From the IMG/VR virus record IMGVR_UViG_3300025732_000048, positions 1-56,413 of that record: a stretch of DNA of 56,413 nucleotides, one strand, 5' to 3'. Every line of letters begins with the position of its first letter. Position 1 is the stretch's first letter. This document shows positions 27,401-36,958 of this stretch, one piece after another. A program made the position numbers and the translations under genes. Origin of the DNA: a virus. Its lineage: Duplodnaviria > Caudoviricetes. Under the pieces are notes generated by a model. The model did not search any database, had not been told where the DNA came from, and was given only the letters and a program-made list of their open reading frames with translations.

Positions 27401-30400
27401 GAAGCAGAAGTTCTAACCGCAGATAGATTTGCCTTCATTGCTGGAGGAACTCAACTACAAATCTACAATTTAGGTGGAAATGATACTGGAGCAACTTTAA
27501 CCGCAACTCTGCAAAAGATTAATCCAAAATCAAAAGTAAAGAGAAAAAATAGAGTAAATTCTGTTCTAATCAGCAATTCAAAATATGAGGGTTCTGGAAT
27601 AGGAGCAACCACTCTTAACGATGGATTAACTTTTGGCAACTATCCATATAGCACCAGAGTTCAGGACGAAAATATTTCATTAAATACTGCCGATATTATT
27701 GAAATTCATGGAATTTATGAATCGGCAGATACATCAAATCCATCTCCACCAAAAGCGGTTCTTGCTTCTCTCACAACTTCTTCATCAACTACTCAAGAAC
27801 TTATTATTGGAGAAGAACTTGTTGGACAAACAAGTGGAGCAATAGCGATAGTTGCCGAAAAATTAACCTCATCCCAAATTTCATTTATTTACAAAAATCA
27901 GAATACTTTTAATGAGGGAGAAACTATTGTTTTTGGGGAAAGTGCTGTCCAAGGTCAAATTATAACATTAGATTCACCTAGTTTTGATGTTTCCTTTAAT
28001 TATACTTACAATAATGGACAGTCTAGTACTCAATATGGTTATGGATATCTTACCAGAAAATCAGACTCGTCAGAGCCAACTAAAAAATTAAAAATTTACT
28101 TCAGCAATGGTTACTATGATTCCACCGACGATGGAGACATTACAACTGCTAGTTCATATGATACTTTTGACTACTCTTTAGAAGTCCCAGTAATTGATAA
28201 CAATAGAGTATCAGATATCATTGACATTAGACCAAGAGTTTCTAATTATACAGTTTCTGAGGGAAGTCGTTCTCCTCTAGAATTTTATGGAAGAACTTTT
28301 GACTCAACTGGAAATTCTTCTACAAGTGTATTAGCATCTGATGAAACACTTCTTGCGACTTTTTCATTCTATCTCGGACGAATTGATAGAATATACCTAG
28401 GTAAAGATGGAAAACTTCAAGTAAAATATGGAGAACCTTCAGAAAAACCAGAAAAACCAGTTTCTGTAGATGATTCTTTAGAGATTGCTACGATTAACCT
28501 TCCACCATACTTATATTCTACTTCTGATGCTTCTATTGAATTTCTTGAGCATAAAAGATATAGAATGGTTGATATTAAACAACTTGAAAATAGAATTAAA
28601 AATCTTGAATATTATACGACTTTATCTTTACTAGAATCAAACACTGCCAACTTGTTTGTTCCAGATGCTGATGGATTAAATAGATTTAAATCTGGCTTCT
28701 TTGTTGACAATTTCTCATCTTTCTTAGCGCAAGAAGATCGTGTATTAATTAAAAATAGTGTTGATACAAAAAATAAGGAACTAAGACCAGGACATTATAC
28801 AACTTCAATTGATTTAATAGAGGGCCCTGTCGTTGGTGTTGACCCAACAACAGATCTTGCTTTTGAACCAATTGAAGGAATTAATGTAAGAAAAACTGGG
28901 GATATTTTAACCTTAGATTATGCGGAAGTTGAATGGTTAAAACAAACTTTTGCTACTAGATCTGAAAGTGTCACTCCTTTCTTAATTAGTTTCTGGCAAG
29001 GAACCGTAGAATTAATTCCAGCAACAGACACTTGGATTGATACTACAAGACTTGAAGCAAAAATCATCAATGCTGAAGGAAATTATGCTGAAACATTAGC
29101 AAATTCTGCTAGAACACTAAATGTTGACCCTCAAACTGGATTTGCTCCAACCATTTGGAACGCATGGGTAACTAACTGGACTGGTCAAGATGTTATTCAA
29201 ACAACAAGAACAAGAACTCAGTTTGGTCAAGCTTGGGGTGGTGGAGCTAGAGCTATTTGGGGAACACTAACAGATACGACATTTGAGGACACATTTAGAG
29301 AAGTTCGTGACACTGGTGTAATGTCAAGAACTGGTGTTCAGACGATAGTTACTGAGCAATTTGATCAAACATCAGTCGGAGATAGAGTTGTTCGCAGAGA
29401 CCTCGTTCCATACATGAGGTCTAGAAATGTCCAGTTTATCTCCAAAAAAGTTAAACCACTAACTAGACTTTATGCTTTCTTTGATGGTGTAGATGTAACT
29501 CGTTATTGTGTACCAAAACTACTTGAAATTACAATGTTATCTGGAGTGTTTGAGGTTGGCGAAACTGTTACCGGATATGTTCAACAAACAGGTCTTGGGC
29601 AGGGAACTGAAAATACTTCAGCAAAGATAACATTTAGAGTATCTCAGTCAAATCATAAGGAAGGTCCATATAATGTACCAACAACAACCTTCCCACAAAA
29701 TCCATATACTTCTCAAGTATTACAAGAATCTTACTCATCAACATCTACAATATTGAATATTGACACATTCTCACTATCAAATGCTTCACAAGGAGAATTT
29801 AGTGGATGGGTAGAATCTGGAATGATTCTTGTTGGCCAATCAAGTCAGGCACAAGCAACAATTAACAATGTACGACTAATTTCCGATCTATCAGCAACAT
29901 TAATTGGAAGTTTTTATATTCCAAATCCAAATCTCAATGTTCACCCAAGATTTGAAGCTGGAACAAAAACATTTACTTTAGTAAATGATGATACAAATGA
30001 TCAAAATGTTGCTACAACAATTGCTGAAGAAGCATTTACCTCAAGCGGAACTTTAGAAACTGTACAAGAAAACATTATTTCGGTCAGAAATGCTAGAATT
30101 GAAAATAAACAAGTATTTGAAGAACAGTCTGTTGCTAGAACAACTGGAAGTCAACTTGTAAATAGTAGAGTTATTGCTCAAACTCAGAGGCAGGGAATTA
30201 TTGGATGGTATGATCCTCTTGCTCAGTCATTCTTAGTTGACAATGAATTTGGTGTATTTTTGACAAGTTGTGATGTATTCTTTAGATCAAAGGATGATAC
30301 AGACATCCCAGTAACTTTCCAGTTGAGAACAATGCAGGGTGGATTCCCAACTCAAAATGTAATTCCTTTCTCAGAAATTGTTTTAGAACCAGGAGAAATC

Positions 30401-32644
30401 ACAACATCTGGTGATGGAAGCATTGCTACAAATATTCAATTTAAGGCACCAATTTATCTGGAAGGAGGAAAAGAATATTGTATTTGTCTAGCATCCAATT
30501 CCACAAAGTATAGTGTTTATATTTCCAGAATTGGAGAAAATGATTTAATTACTCAAACATTTATTTCCAACCAACCATATCTTGGTTCATTGTTCAAGTC
30601 GCAAAATGCCTCTACTTGGGAAGCAAGTCAGTGGGAAGATCTGAAGTTTACTCTGTATAGAGCAGACTTTATTGAAAATGGTACTGCTGAATTCTATAGC
30701 CCTCAACTTTCTGAAGGTAATAATCAAATTGCCAAATTACTACCAAATTCACTAAACTTCAATTCCCAAAGAGTAAGAGTAAGTCTATCTTCAACTATTA
30801 ATGATACAGACTTAACACTTGGAAATACCATAGTTCAAGTTGGAACTGGAGCTAGTGGAAATTATGTTGGAAATGCTGGAATTGCTACAGGAACTTTATC
30901 AATCACAAATGCTGGAATAGGATATACTCCATCATCAGGTTCTGCCACATATAATAATGTGGTTCTTTCCAGATTAACTGGAAATGGTTCTGGGGCAACA
31001 GCAAATGTAACCATTAATAATGGAGTTGCTATAGCAGCAACAATTGTTAGCAGTGGAAATGGTTATAGAGTTGGCGATACTGTAGAAATCACAACTTTAG
31101 GTTCAGTATCAGTAGGCAGAGATGCTAAATTTACTATAGTTTCTATTGCCAATACAAATCAACTGATAATTGATAATGTCCAAGGAAACTTTGAAGTTGG
31201 ATCAGCAAATACAATTACTTACATCAACAACTCCGGAATAACAACTGACTTGAATGCTTCTCTTGGTGGTGGAATATATGCTAGTGAAATTACAACTGTT
31301 ACAGATGGTTTACACATCAAAGTAAATCATAAAAATCATGGAATGTATGCTGAAGGAAATTTAGTAGCAATATCTGGCGTTGAATCTGATGTAAAACCAA
31401 CAAAACTAACCGTTGCTTATGCTTCAGATTCTACCGGAACAATAAGTGTAGATAATGCTTCCAATTTTGGTATTTTTGAAGGTGTTGGTGTAGGAACAAC
31501 AAATCCAGGATACTTGAAGATTGGTAATGAAATTATTGAATATACCTCAGTGACTGGAAATGTTATTGGTGGAACTATTGTAAGAGGAACAAATCCTCTT
31601 ACATATCCGATAGGTTCTCAAGTTTATAAGTATGAAAGTAATGGAGTTTCTCTAAGGAGAATCAATAAGACTCACGATCTTGATAACGCAACTGTTTCCA
31701 ATCCAGTTGACTTTGATTACTACAATATTAAACTTGACATGTCATCTGATGGAACTGATAGATCTTCTGGAACTGGATTTAGAAAATTATATCAAAATGA
31801 AACCAAATCTGGCGGTGGATATGAAATAAGAGCAACTCAAAATATTGCTTATGAAATTATTACCCCAATCGTCCAAAATCTAACAGTTCAAGGAACATCT
31901 TTAAGTGCGGAAGCTAGAACAGTAACAGGAACAAGTATTAGTGGTAATGAAATTGCGTTTGTTGATGCTGGATTTGAACAAATTTCGGTTAATCAAGCAA
32001 ATTATCTTTCTTCACCAAGAATGATATGCTCAAAAATAAATGAAGATTCTAACCTAGGATCTTTACCTGGAAACAAATCTCTAAATATGAGATTGAGACT
32101 TGATACAACTAATACTTATCTATCTCCAGTTGTTGATACTCAAAGAGTAAGTACAATTCTTACTTCAAACAGAGTAAATAGCGTAATAACAAATTATGCT
32201 ACAGATAATAGAACTGGATCTATTTTTGAAGACCCAACTGCCTTCCAATATATTTCTAAAGAAATAACCTTAGAAACACCAGCAACTTCTATAAAGACTA
32301 TTCTTAATGCTTATATTAATTCATATTGTGACATAAGAGCTTTCTATTCTATAGGAGAAAATCCTGGATTTGAACCAATATTCACGCCTTTCCCTGGATA
32401 CGATAATCTTGATTTTAGATCTCAAATAATTTCTCCAGAAAATAATAGTGGAAGACCTGATTCTTATGTTACACCATCCACCTCGCTTGAATTTAATTCT
32501 GAACTTCTAGATTTTAAGGAGTATAATTTCACCGCAGATAATCTTCCCCCATTTAGAAGTTATAGAATTAAATTGGTTGCTACCTCAACTAATCAGGTTT
32601 ATGTTCCTAGAATAAAGGATCTAAGAGTTATTGCTCTGGCATGA
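24476..32644 (+). CDS. Large virion structural protein, VrlC/DUF4815-like, 2722 aa
   Basis: NLNVAPYFDDF...VLFKPGYPVQARELTTLQSILQNQ; APGADRLKI; RFKSGFFVDNF; DPLAQSF; PRIKDLRVIALA. Confidence 0.88.
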   Translation: MSQQTNLNVAPYFDDFNPNNDYHRVLFKPGYPVQARELTTLQSILQNQIERFGQHFFKEGAKVIPGNTGYNALYYAIQLQNNYLGVPVEAYIEQLVGAKITGQTSGVTAVVDKVLFSQDSERGNLTLYINYLSSNTQNNSTQQFSDGELLTSNITITSGLLGNTTIESGSPFAVTLANNAAAVGSSFNISEGVYFIRGNFVNVNTETLILDQYSNTPNYRIGLYINEEIITSDIDETLTDNSQGENNYAAPGADRLKISTFLFKKSLTDFDDNNFIELATISDGSIRTKTIPSNYNLITDELARRTYAESGDYVVSSFDISVKDSLNNNKGNRGIFNRGQFTYGGSTPTDNLALYQVSPGKAFVRGYEVDLISTTFLDVPKPRTVKTLTNQSVVYNTGPTLKLNRVLGAPQIGLGNTYVVSLRNQRVGSSGTTASGTEIGVARAYDFKLESGSYEVTNKNLNEWHVSLFDIQTFTNIHLNNPVTLSVPTYIKGNNSGASGFLRNSITDSRSLTIYDVKGTFIPNESLSFDGIESGVIGVAVTAHGISDVKSVYGKVGSASTFNADVIQSTSFNVGIATVGVEKYFINEELFRTTLSSTVGVGSTVIYLDTNQFSLNGIDNISISIGNSITAGTGTVTNAPIVSVGNTFIRISQSQADGVGTSLETELTTTVGFGSDIIFIDASTEAITIGSSITVGTALTNAPIVAVGDTFVRISAGSTSSQPLVTSISSNVGVGSTSIFVGIVTGVVAGVSSVSVGTALTNVRIVSIGDTFVNIGTGNTAGVLISTGTAVTFTNVSSMITGTAVTFTRVSRLVIGDEVIISNPIFTSTVKSPNPSFPGSNRIFKNNLITYTDTTLPDPVVARVVSVGTTSIEIQEVQTISGITSSLLPSSSILDVTDFKVISTALESSDDNTLYTKLPKNNISSVDLSAGSLTIRKSFTVNISGNQLSANVVAGDNETFAAFDVERYSLIRSDGEAEVLTADRFAFIAGGTQLQIYNLGGNDTGATLTATLQKINPKSKVKRKNRVNSVLISNSKYEGSGIGATTLNDGLTFGNYPYSTRVQDENISLNTADIIEIHGIYESADTSNPSPPKAVLASLTTSSSTTQELIIGEELVGQTSGAIAIVAEKLTSSQISFIYKNQNTFNEGETIVFGESAVQGQIITLDSPSFDVSFNYTYNNGQSSTQYGYGYLTRKSDSSEPTKKLKIYFSNGYYDSTDDGDITTASSYDTFDYSLEVPVIDNNRVSDIIDIRPRVSNYTVSEGSRSPLEFYGRTFDSTGNSSTSVLASDETLLATFSFYLGRIDRIYLGKDGKLQVKYGEPSEKPEKPVSVDDSLEIATINLPPYLYSTSDASIEFLEHKRYRMVDIKQLENRIKNLEYYTTLSLLESNTANLFVPDADGLNRFKSGFFVDNFSSFLAQEDRVLIKNSVDTKNKELRPGHYTTSIDLIEGPVVGVDPTTDLAFEPIEGINVRKTGDILTLDYAEVEWLKQTFATRSESVTPFLISFWQGTVELIPATDTWIDTTRLEAKIINAEGNYAETLANSARTLNVDPQTGFAPTIWNAWVTNWTGQDVIQTTRTRTQFGQAWGGGARAIWGTLTDTTFEDTFREVRDTGVMSRTGVQTIVTEQFDQTSVGDRVVRRDLVPYMRSRNVQFISKKVKPLTRLYAFFDGVDVTRYCVPKLLEITMLSGVFEVGETVTGYVQQTGLGQGTENTSAKITFRVSQSNHKEGPYNVPTTTFPQNPYTSQVLQESYSSTSTILNIDTFSLSNASQGEFSGWVESGMILVGQSSQAQATINNVRLISDLSATLIGSFYIPNPNLNVHPRFEAGTKTFTLVNDDTNDQNVATTIAEEAFTSSGTLETVQENIISVRNARIENKQVFEEQSVARTTGSQLVNSRVIAQTQRQGIIGWYDPLAQSFLVDNEFGVFLTSCDVFFRSKDDTDIPVTFQLRTMQGGFPTQNVIPFSEIVLEPGEITTSGDGSIATNIQFKAPIYLEGGKEYCICLASNSTKYSVYISRIGENDLITQTFISNQPYLGSLFKSQNASTWEASQWEDLKFTLYRADFIENGTAEFYSPQLSEGNNQIAKLLPNSLNFNSQRVRVSLSSTINDTDLTLGNTIVQVGTGASGNYVGNAGIATGTLSITNAGIGYTPSSGSATYNNVVLSRLTGNGSGATANVTINNGVAIAATIVSSGNGYRVGDTVEITTLGSVSVGRDAKFTIVSIANTNQLIIDNVQGNFEVGSANTITYINNSGITTDLNASLGGGIYASEITTVTDGLHIKVNHKNHGMYAEGNLVAISGVESDVKPTKLTVAYASDSTGTISVDNASNFGIFEGVGVGTTNPGYLKIGNEIIEYTSVTGNVIGGTIVRGTNPLTYPIGSQVYKYESNGVSLRRINKTHDLDNATVSNPVDFDYYNIKLDMSSDGTDRSSGTGFRKLYQNETKSGGGYEIRATQNIAYEIITPIVQNLTVQGTSLSAEARTVTGTSISGNEIAFVDAGFEQISVNQANYLSSPRMICSKINEDSNLGSLPGNKSLNMRLRLDTTNTYLSPVVDTQRVSTILTSNRVNSVITNYATDNRTGSIFEDPTAFQYISKEITLETPATSIKTILNAYINSYCDIRAFYSIGENPGFEPIFTPFPGYDNLDFRSQIISPENNSGRPDSYVTPSTSLEFNSELLDFKEYNFTADNLPPFRSYRIKLVATSTNQVYVPRIKDLRVIALA

Positions 32645-32645
32645 T

Positions 32646-32870
32646 ATGAACTATATTAAAGTAGAGGGTCACGATGGTCTTATTCGTGACCCAAAAACAA
32701 ATTCAATCATAAACACAAAAATGACAGAGTATCAAGAGTATGTTTCTAGAAAAAAAGTAAAAGAGGAGGAGCAACAAAAACTACAAAATCTAGAAAATGA
32801 TTTTGCTAATATGAAAGATGATTTGAATGAAATTAAAACTTTACTTAGGAGTTTGGTAAATGGATCCTGA
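32646..32870 (+). CDS. Conserved cyanophage small coiled-coil protein, 74 aa
   Basis: MNYIKVEGHDGLIRDPKTNSIIN...DLNEIKTLLRSL; ATG 32646 preferred. Confidence 0.8.
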   Translation: MNYIKVEGHDGLIRDPKTNSIINTKMTEYQEYVSRKKVKEEEQQKLQNLENDFANMKDDLNEIKTLLRSLVNGS

Positions 32871-33036
32871 TAAAATAACTTTAGAAAACTTATCTAAAAA
32901 TTTTGAATATGCTAAAGCATGTATAGAGATTGATTCTATAACTGATATTGAAAATTTAAGAAATATTGGAAAGGCTTACATGAAACTATACATGAAGCAA
33001 CAAGAAGTTCTTTCTAGTATGTTAAGCAAACCATAA
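32860..33036 (+). CDS. 58-aa helical protein, possible NblA-like (not in ORF track)
   Basis: MDPDKITLENLSKNFEYAKACIEIDSITDIENLRNIGKAYMKLYMKQQEVLSSMLSKP; AGGAG SD; function inferred only from size and hydrophobic pattern. Confidence 0.6.
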   Translation: MDPDKITLENLSKNFEYAKACIEIDSITDIENLRNIGKAYMKLYMKQQEVLSSMLSKP

Positions 33037-33039
33037 ATA
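33033..33039 (+). promoter_or_regulatory. Late promoter upstream of gp13
   Basis: ATAAATA. Confidence 0.7.
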
Positions 33040-33058
33040 TTTTGAGAGGAATTAAAAA

Positions 33059-33907
33059 ATGGCGCAACCAACTTCCAGGCAAGAATTAATAGATTATTGT
33101 AAGAGGAAACTTGGTGCCCCTGTACTAGAAATTAACGTAGCAGACGAACAAATAGATGATTTGGTAGACGATGCTATACAATTTTTCCAAGAAAGACATT
33201 TTGATGGCGTAGGTCAAGTATTTCTAAAGTATCAATTAACTCAAGATGATATTAATAGAGGTAGAGCACCTAATGGAGAATCTCCAACAGCAGGTATTGT
33301 AACTACTTCAGCAACAACTTCTATAGTTGGAACCACAACTACTTTTAACTATAAAGAAAATAGTAACTTTTTACAAATTCCACCTTCAGTTATTGGAATT
33401 ACAAAAATATATCACTTTGATGGTAGTAATACAACTACTAATAATATGTTTAGTGTAAAATATCAATTATTTTTAAATGATATTTACTATTGGGGATCTA
33501 CTGAAATATTGACTTATGCCATGACAAAAACATATCTTGAAGATATTGACTTTTTACTTACCACCCAAAAACAGATAAGATTTAATCAAAGACAAGATAG
33601 ACTTTACTTGGACATAGATTGGGGTAGTGTAAGAGCTGGAGACTATGTTATTATTGATTGCTATCGAGCCTTAGATCCATCAGACTATACTAGAGTTTGG
33701 AACGATTCATTCCTAAAAATGTATCTAACTTCATTGATAAAGAAACAATGGGGACAAAATTTGATTAAATTCCAGGGAGTAAAGTTACCCGGAGGAGTTG
33801 AATTAAATGGAAGACAAATATATGATGATGCTCAAAGAGAACTTGATGTCATTATGGAAAAAATGTCAAATACTTATGAACTTCCACCATTAGACATGAT
33901 TGGTTAA
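33059..33907 (+). CDS. gp13: Neck protein gp13
   Basis: LIDYCKRKLGAPVLEINV; KKQWGQNLIKFQGVKLPGGVELNG. Confidence 0.95.
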   Translation: MAQPTSRQELIDYCKRKLGAPVLEINVADEQIDDLVDDAIQFFQERHFDGVGQVFLKYQLTQDDINRGRAPNGESPTAGIVTTSATTSIVGTTTTFNYKENSNFLQIPPSVIGITKIYHFDGSNTTTNNMFSVKYQLFLNDIYYWGSTEILTYAMTKTYLEDIDFLLTTQKQIRFNQRQDRLYLDIDWGSVRAGDYVIIDCYRALDPSDYTRVWNDSFLKMYLTSLIKKQWGQNLIKFQGVKLPGGVELNGRQIYDDAQRELDVIMEKMSNTYELPPLDMIG

Positions 33908-33912
33908 TTCAC

Positions 33913-35343
33913 ATGTTAAATCCTTTCTTTCAACAGGGAACAAGACAAGAGCAGAGTCTAATACAAGATTTAATCAACGAACAGTTGAGAATATATGGCG
34001 TTGAAATATATTACTTACCTAGAAAATATGTAACTGAAAAAACAATAATTAAAGAAGTAATTGAATCAAAGTTTGATAATGCTTATCCGATTGAAGCATA
34101 TGTAGAAAACTTTGATGGATATGGAGATAATACTACAATTCTATCAAAATTTGGAATACAGGCATTAAATGAAATAACTTTAATAATTTCAAAGGAAAGA
34201 TTTGAAGAGTATATTTCTCCACTCACAAAAGATAAGGCAAATATAAAACTTTCATCAAGACCAAAAGAAGGAGATTTGGTTTATTTTCCATTGGGGGATA
34301 GATTATTTGAAATTAAATTTGTAGAGCATGAGAAACCATTCTATCAATTACAAAAAAATTATGTTTATGAATTAAGATGCGAACTGTTCAGATATGAAGA
34401 TGAAATTATTGATACTGGCGTTGATGATATTGATGATACTCTAGAAGGAACCACTGGCGCTGATGGAGAGGAGACTTTTGTAGGAAGAACTCAAACTTTA
34501 ACTCTAATTGGTTCAGGTACTACTGCAACAGCAACGGCAACTATTGTAAATGGTGGAATTAGATTAATTACAATTACAAATAGAGGTGGAGGTTATACCA
34601 GTATTCCAACAGTTGGGATTTCTTCTGCTCCCTCTGGAGGTGTCTCTGGAATAGCATCTGCTGTAATGATTGGAGGTGTTGTTGCCTGTAACGATAATGT
34701 AAATCCAGCGGCAAGATCTGTTCAAGCAGTAGATATCATTAATGCTGGTTCTGGTTATACTGTATCTCCTGGAATTAGGTTTATTGGTGGCGGCGGAGCT
34801 GGTGCTGCTGCTACAGCAACTATTGGCAGTGGAATTGTCGGTATTGTAAGTATAACATCTAGTGGATCCGGATATTCTACATCTCCCACAATACAGTTTA
34901 CAAACCAAATATTCCTTAGTGGTGTAGCAACTGTTTCTGCTGCAGCAACAGCAGTCGTTAGTGCTGCAGGAACGATTACATCAATTAGAATCACAAATGC
35001 TGGTTTAGGATATAGTGTAGCACCAACTATTGTAATTTCTTCTCCATATAGTTCAGGAATAGGAACCTTCCAATTCAATGAAATTGTAACAGGACAAACT
35101 AGTGGAACAACTGCAAGAGTTAGAAAGTGGAGTGCTGTTACAAATGAACTTGAAGTTTCAAATATTAGTGGTTCTTTTGTTAATGCTGAAACTGTTGTTG
35201 GTTCAGCATCTAGTGCTTCATATCAAATAAGAAATGTAGATACAAATATAAACAAAGATGGATATTCGGATAATGATGAAATTGAAATTGAAGCGGATCA
35301 AATTATAGACTTTAATGAATTTAACCCTTTTGGAATTCCATAA
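33913..35343 (+). CDS. gp14: Neck protein gp14 with internal beta-repeat insertion
   Basis: EQLRIYGVEIYYLPR; RPKEGDLVYFP; FVEHEKPFYQL; C-terminal DFNEFNPFG. Confidence 0.93.
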   Translation: MLNPFFQQGTRQEQSLIQDLINEQLRIYGVEIYYLPRKYVTEKTIIKEVIESKFDNAYPIEAYVENFDGYGDNTTILSKFGIQALNEITLIISKERFEEYISPLTKDKANIKLSSRPKEGDLVYFPLGDRLFEIKFVEHEKPFYQLQKNYVYELRCELFRYEDEIIDTGVDDIDDTLEGTTGADGEETFVGRTQTLTLIGSGTTATATATIVNGGIRLITITNRGGGYTSIPTVGISSAPSGGVSGIASAVMIGGVVACNDNVNPAARSVQAVDIINAGSGYTVSPGIRFIGGGGAGAAATATIGSGIVGIVSITSSGSGYSTSPTIQFTNQIFLSGVATVSAAATAVVSAAGTITSIRITNAGLGYSVAPTIVISSPYSSGIGTFQFNEIVTGQTSGTTARVRKWSAVTNELEVSNISGSFVNAETVVGSASSASYQIRNVDTNINKDGYSDNDEIEIEADQIIDFNEFNPFGIP

Positions 35344-35346
35344 ATA
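35340..35346 (+). promoter_or_regulatory. Late promoter upstream of gp15
   Basis: ATAAATA. Confidence 0.7.
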
Positions 35347-35386
35347 AAAGTTATAAGACTTCCAAAGTTATATAATAGGTAAAAAA

Positions 35387-36388
35387 ATGTTTGAATACTT
35401 TTACAACGAAATTTTAAGAAGAACTGTTATTGCGTTCGGAACTTTATTTAACAATATTGAGATAAGACATACAAATAGTTCTGATCAAGTTGTAAGTATT
35501 TTGAAGGTTCCTTTAGCATATGGACCAACACAAAAATTTCTTGCTAGGCTTGAACAATCGCCAGATTTAAATAAACCAACAGCAATAACTTTGCCTAGAA
35601 TGTCATTTGAATTTACTGGATTGACTTATGATCCAGCAAGAAAAGTGACAACAACACAAACTTTTACTGCTAAAGATTCTACTACAGGAACAGAAACAAA
35701 AAAGGCATATATGCCAGTTCCATATAATATGCAGTTTGAACTCAGCATTATGTCAAAGTTGAACGATGATGCTCTTCAGATAATAGAACAAATACTCCCA
35801 TATTTTCAACCATCTTATAATTTAACTGTAGAGCTGGTTGAATCTATTAATGAAAAAAGAGACATACCAATAGTTCTAGAAAATATTACAATGCAGGATG
35901 ATTATGAGGGTAACTTTACAACAAGAAGAGTTTTACTTTATACTTTAAGATTTACAGCAAAAACATACCTATTTGGTCCAATGTCTTCGGCAACCAAAGA
36001 TATTGTCAAGCAAGTTTCTATCAGCTATCTTACTGGAGATAGTAGAGACAATACCACTCGTGAAGTTGTTTACTCATCTCAACCAAGAGCTATTAAAAAT
36101 TATACTGGCATTGTTTTGACTAATCTTTCAAAAGATATAACAACAACTGATTCTTTAGTTACTGTTAACGATGCTTCTTCAATATCAATCAATACATATC
36201 TTGATATTGAAGGCGAAGAAGTATATGTAAAATCAAAATCTGGAAATGTTTTAACAGTAGATCGTGGTAGAGATGATACCACAATAACATCTCACCTATC
36301 TGGAGCTGAAATTAAATCAATAACATCTACTGATAATACCCTAATAGAAGAAGGTGATGATTTTGGATTTAGTGGAAGTATTTCATGA
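35387..36388 (+). CDS. gp15: Tail sheath stabilizer/terminator gp15
   Basis: FGTLFNNI; KVPLAYGPTQKFLARL; LPRMSFE; QIIEQILPYFQP. Confidence 0.95.
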   Translation: MFEYFYNEILRRTVIAFGTLFNNIEIRHTNSSDQVVSILKVPLAYGPTQKFLARLEQSPDLNKPTAITLPRMSFEFTGLTYDPARKVTTTQTFTAKDSTTGTETKKAYMPVPYNMQFELSIMSKLNDDALQIIEQILPYFQPSYNLTVELVESINEKRDIPIVLENITMQDDYEGNFTTRRVLLYTLRFTAKTYLFGPMSSATKDIVKQVSISYLTGDSRDNTTREVVYSSQPRAIKNYTGIVLTNLSKDITTTDSLVTVNDASSISINTYLDIEGEEVYVKSKSGNVLTVDRGRDDTTITSHLSGAEIKSITSTDNTLIEEGDDFGFSGSIS

Positions 36389-36816
36389 AAATGACAAAGA
36401 AATTTGATAAGCTAGATGACGCTTTTAATGTAGAAAGCGAGATTGTCGAATCCAATCAAGTAGATTCGACGGAAAAAATTGAAAAGTTATCATCTGCGAT
36501 TGATGATGTAAAAAAAGACTATGAATACACTAGAGGAAATTTATATTCTTTGATTGAAAAAGGTCAAGAAGCTATAAATGGAATTTTGGAATTAGCCCAA
36601 GAAAGTGAAATGCCTAGAGCCTATGAGGTAGCTGGACAATTAATTAAAAATGTTGCCGATGCTACAGATAAATTAATGGATCTCCAGAAAAAACTAAAAG
36701 AAGTAGAAGAAGAAAAACAAACAAGAGGTCCAACAAATGTAACAAATGCTTTATTTGTTGGTTCAACTGCGGAATTGGCAAAACTACTAAAAAAACCTAC
36801 CGATGAAAACGTTTAA
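36385..36816 (+). CDS. gp16: Terminase small subunit gp16
   Basis: DYEYTRGNLY; PRAYEVAGQLIK; NALFVGSTAEL. Confidence 0.93.
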   Translation: MKMTKKFDKLDDAFNVESEIVESNQVDSTEKIEKLSSAIDDVKKDYEYTRGNLYSLIEKGQEAINGILELAQESEMPRAYEVAGQLIKNVADATDKLMDLQKKLKEVEEEKQTRGPTNVTNALFVGSTAELAKLLKKPTDENV

Positions 36817-36958
36817 ACAGTTTCAAGAGGAGTGGACTAATAAATATAAAAAGAGTATTGACTGCTCAAATCCGAAAGGATTTTCTCAACGCGCTCATTG
36901 TGCAGCGAGAAGAAAAAGAGCAAAAGGTGAAGAGACCAAATCAAAACCAGTTGAATGA
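36803..36958 (+). CDS. Small basic protein with capsid-targeting-like N-terminus, 51 aa (not in ORF track)
   Basis: MKTFKQFQEEWTNKYKKSIDCSNPKGFSQRAHCAARRKRAKGEETKSKPVE; ATGA-coupled to next gene. Confidence 0.75.
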   Translation: MKTFKQFQEEWTNKYKKSIDCSNPKGFSQRAHCAARRKRAKGEETKSKPVE

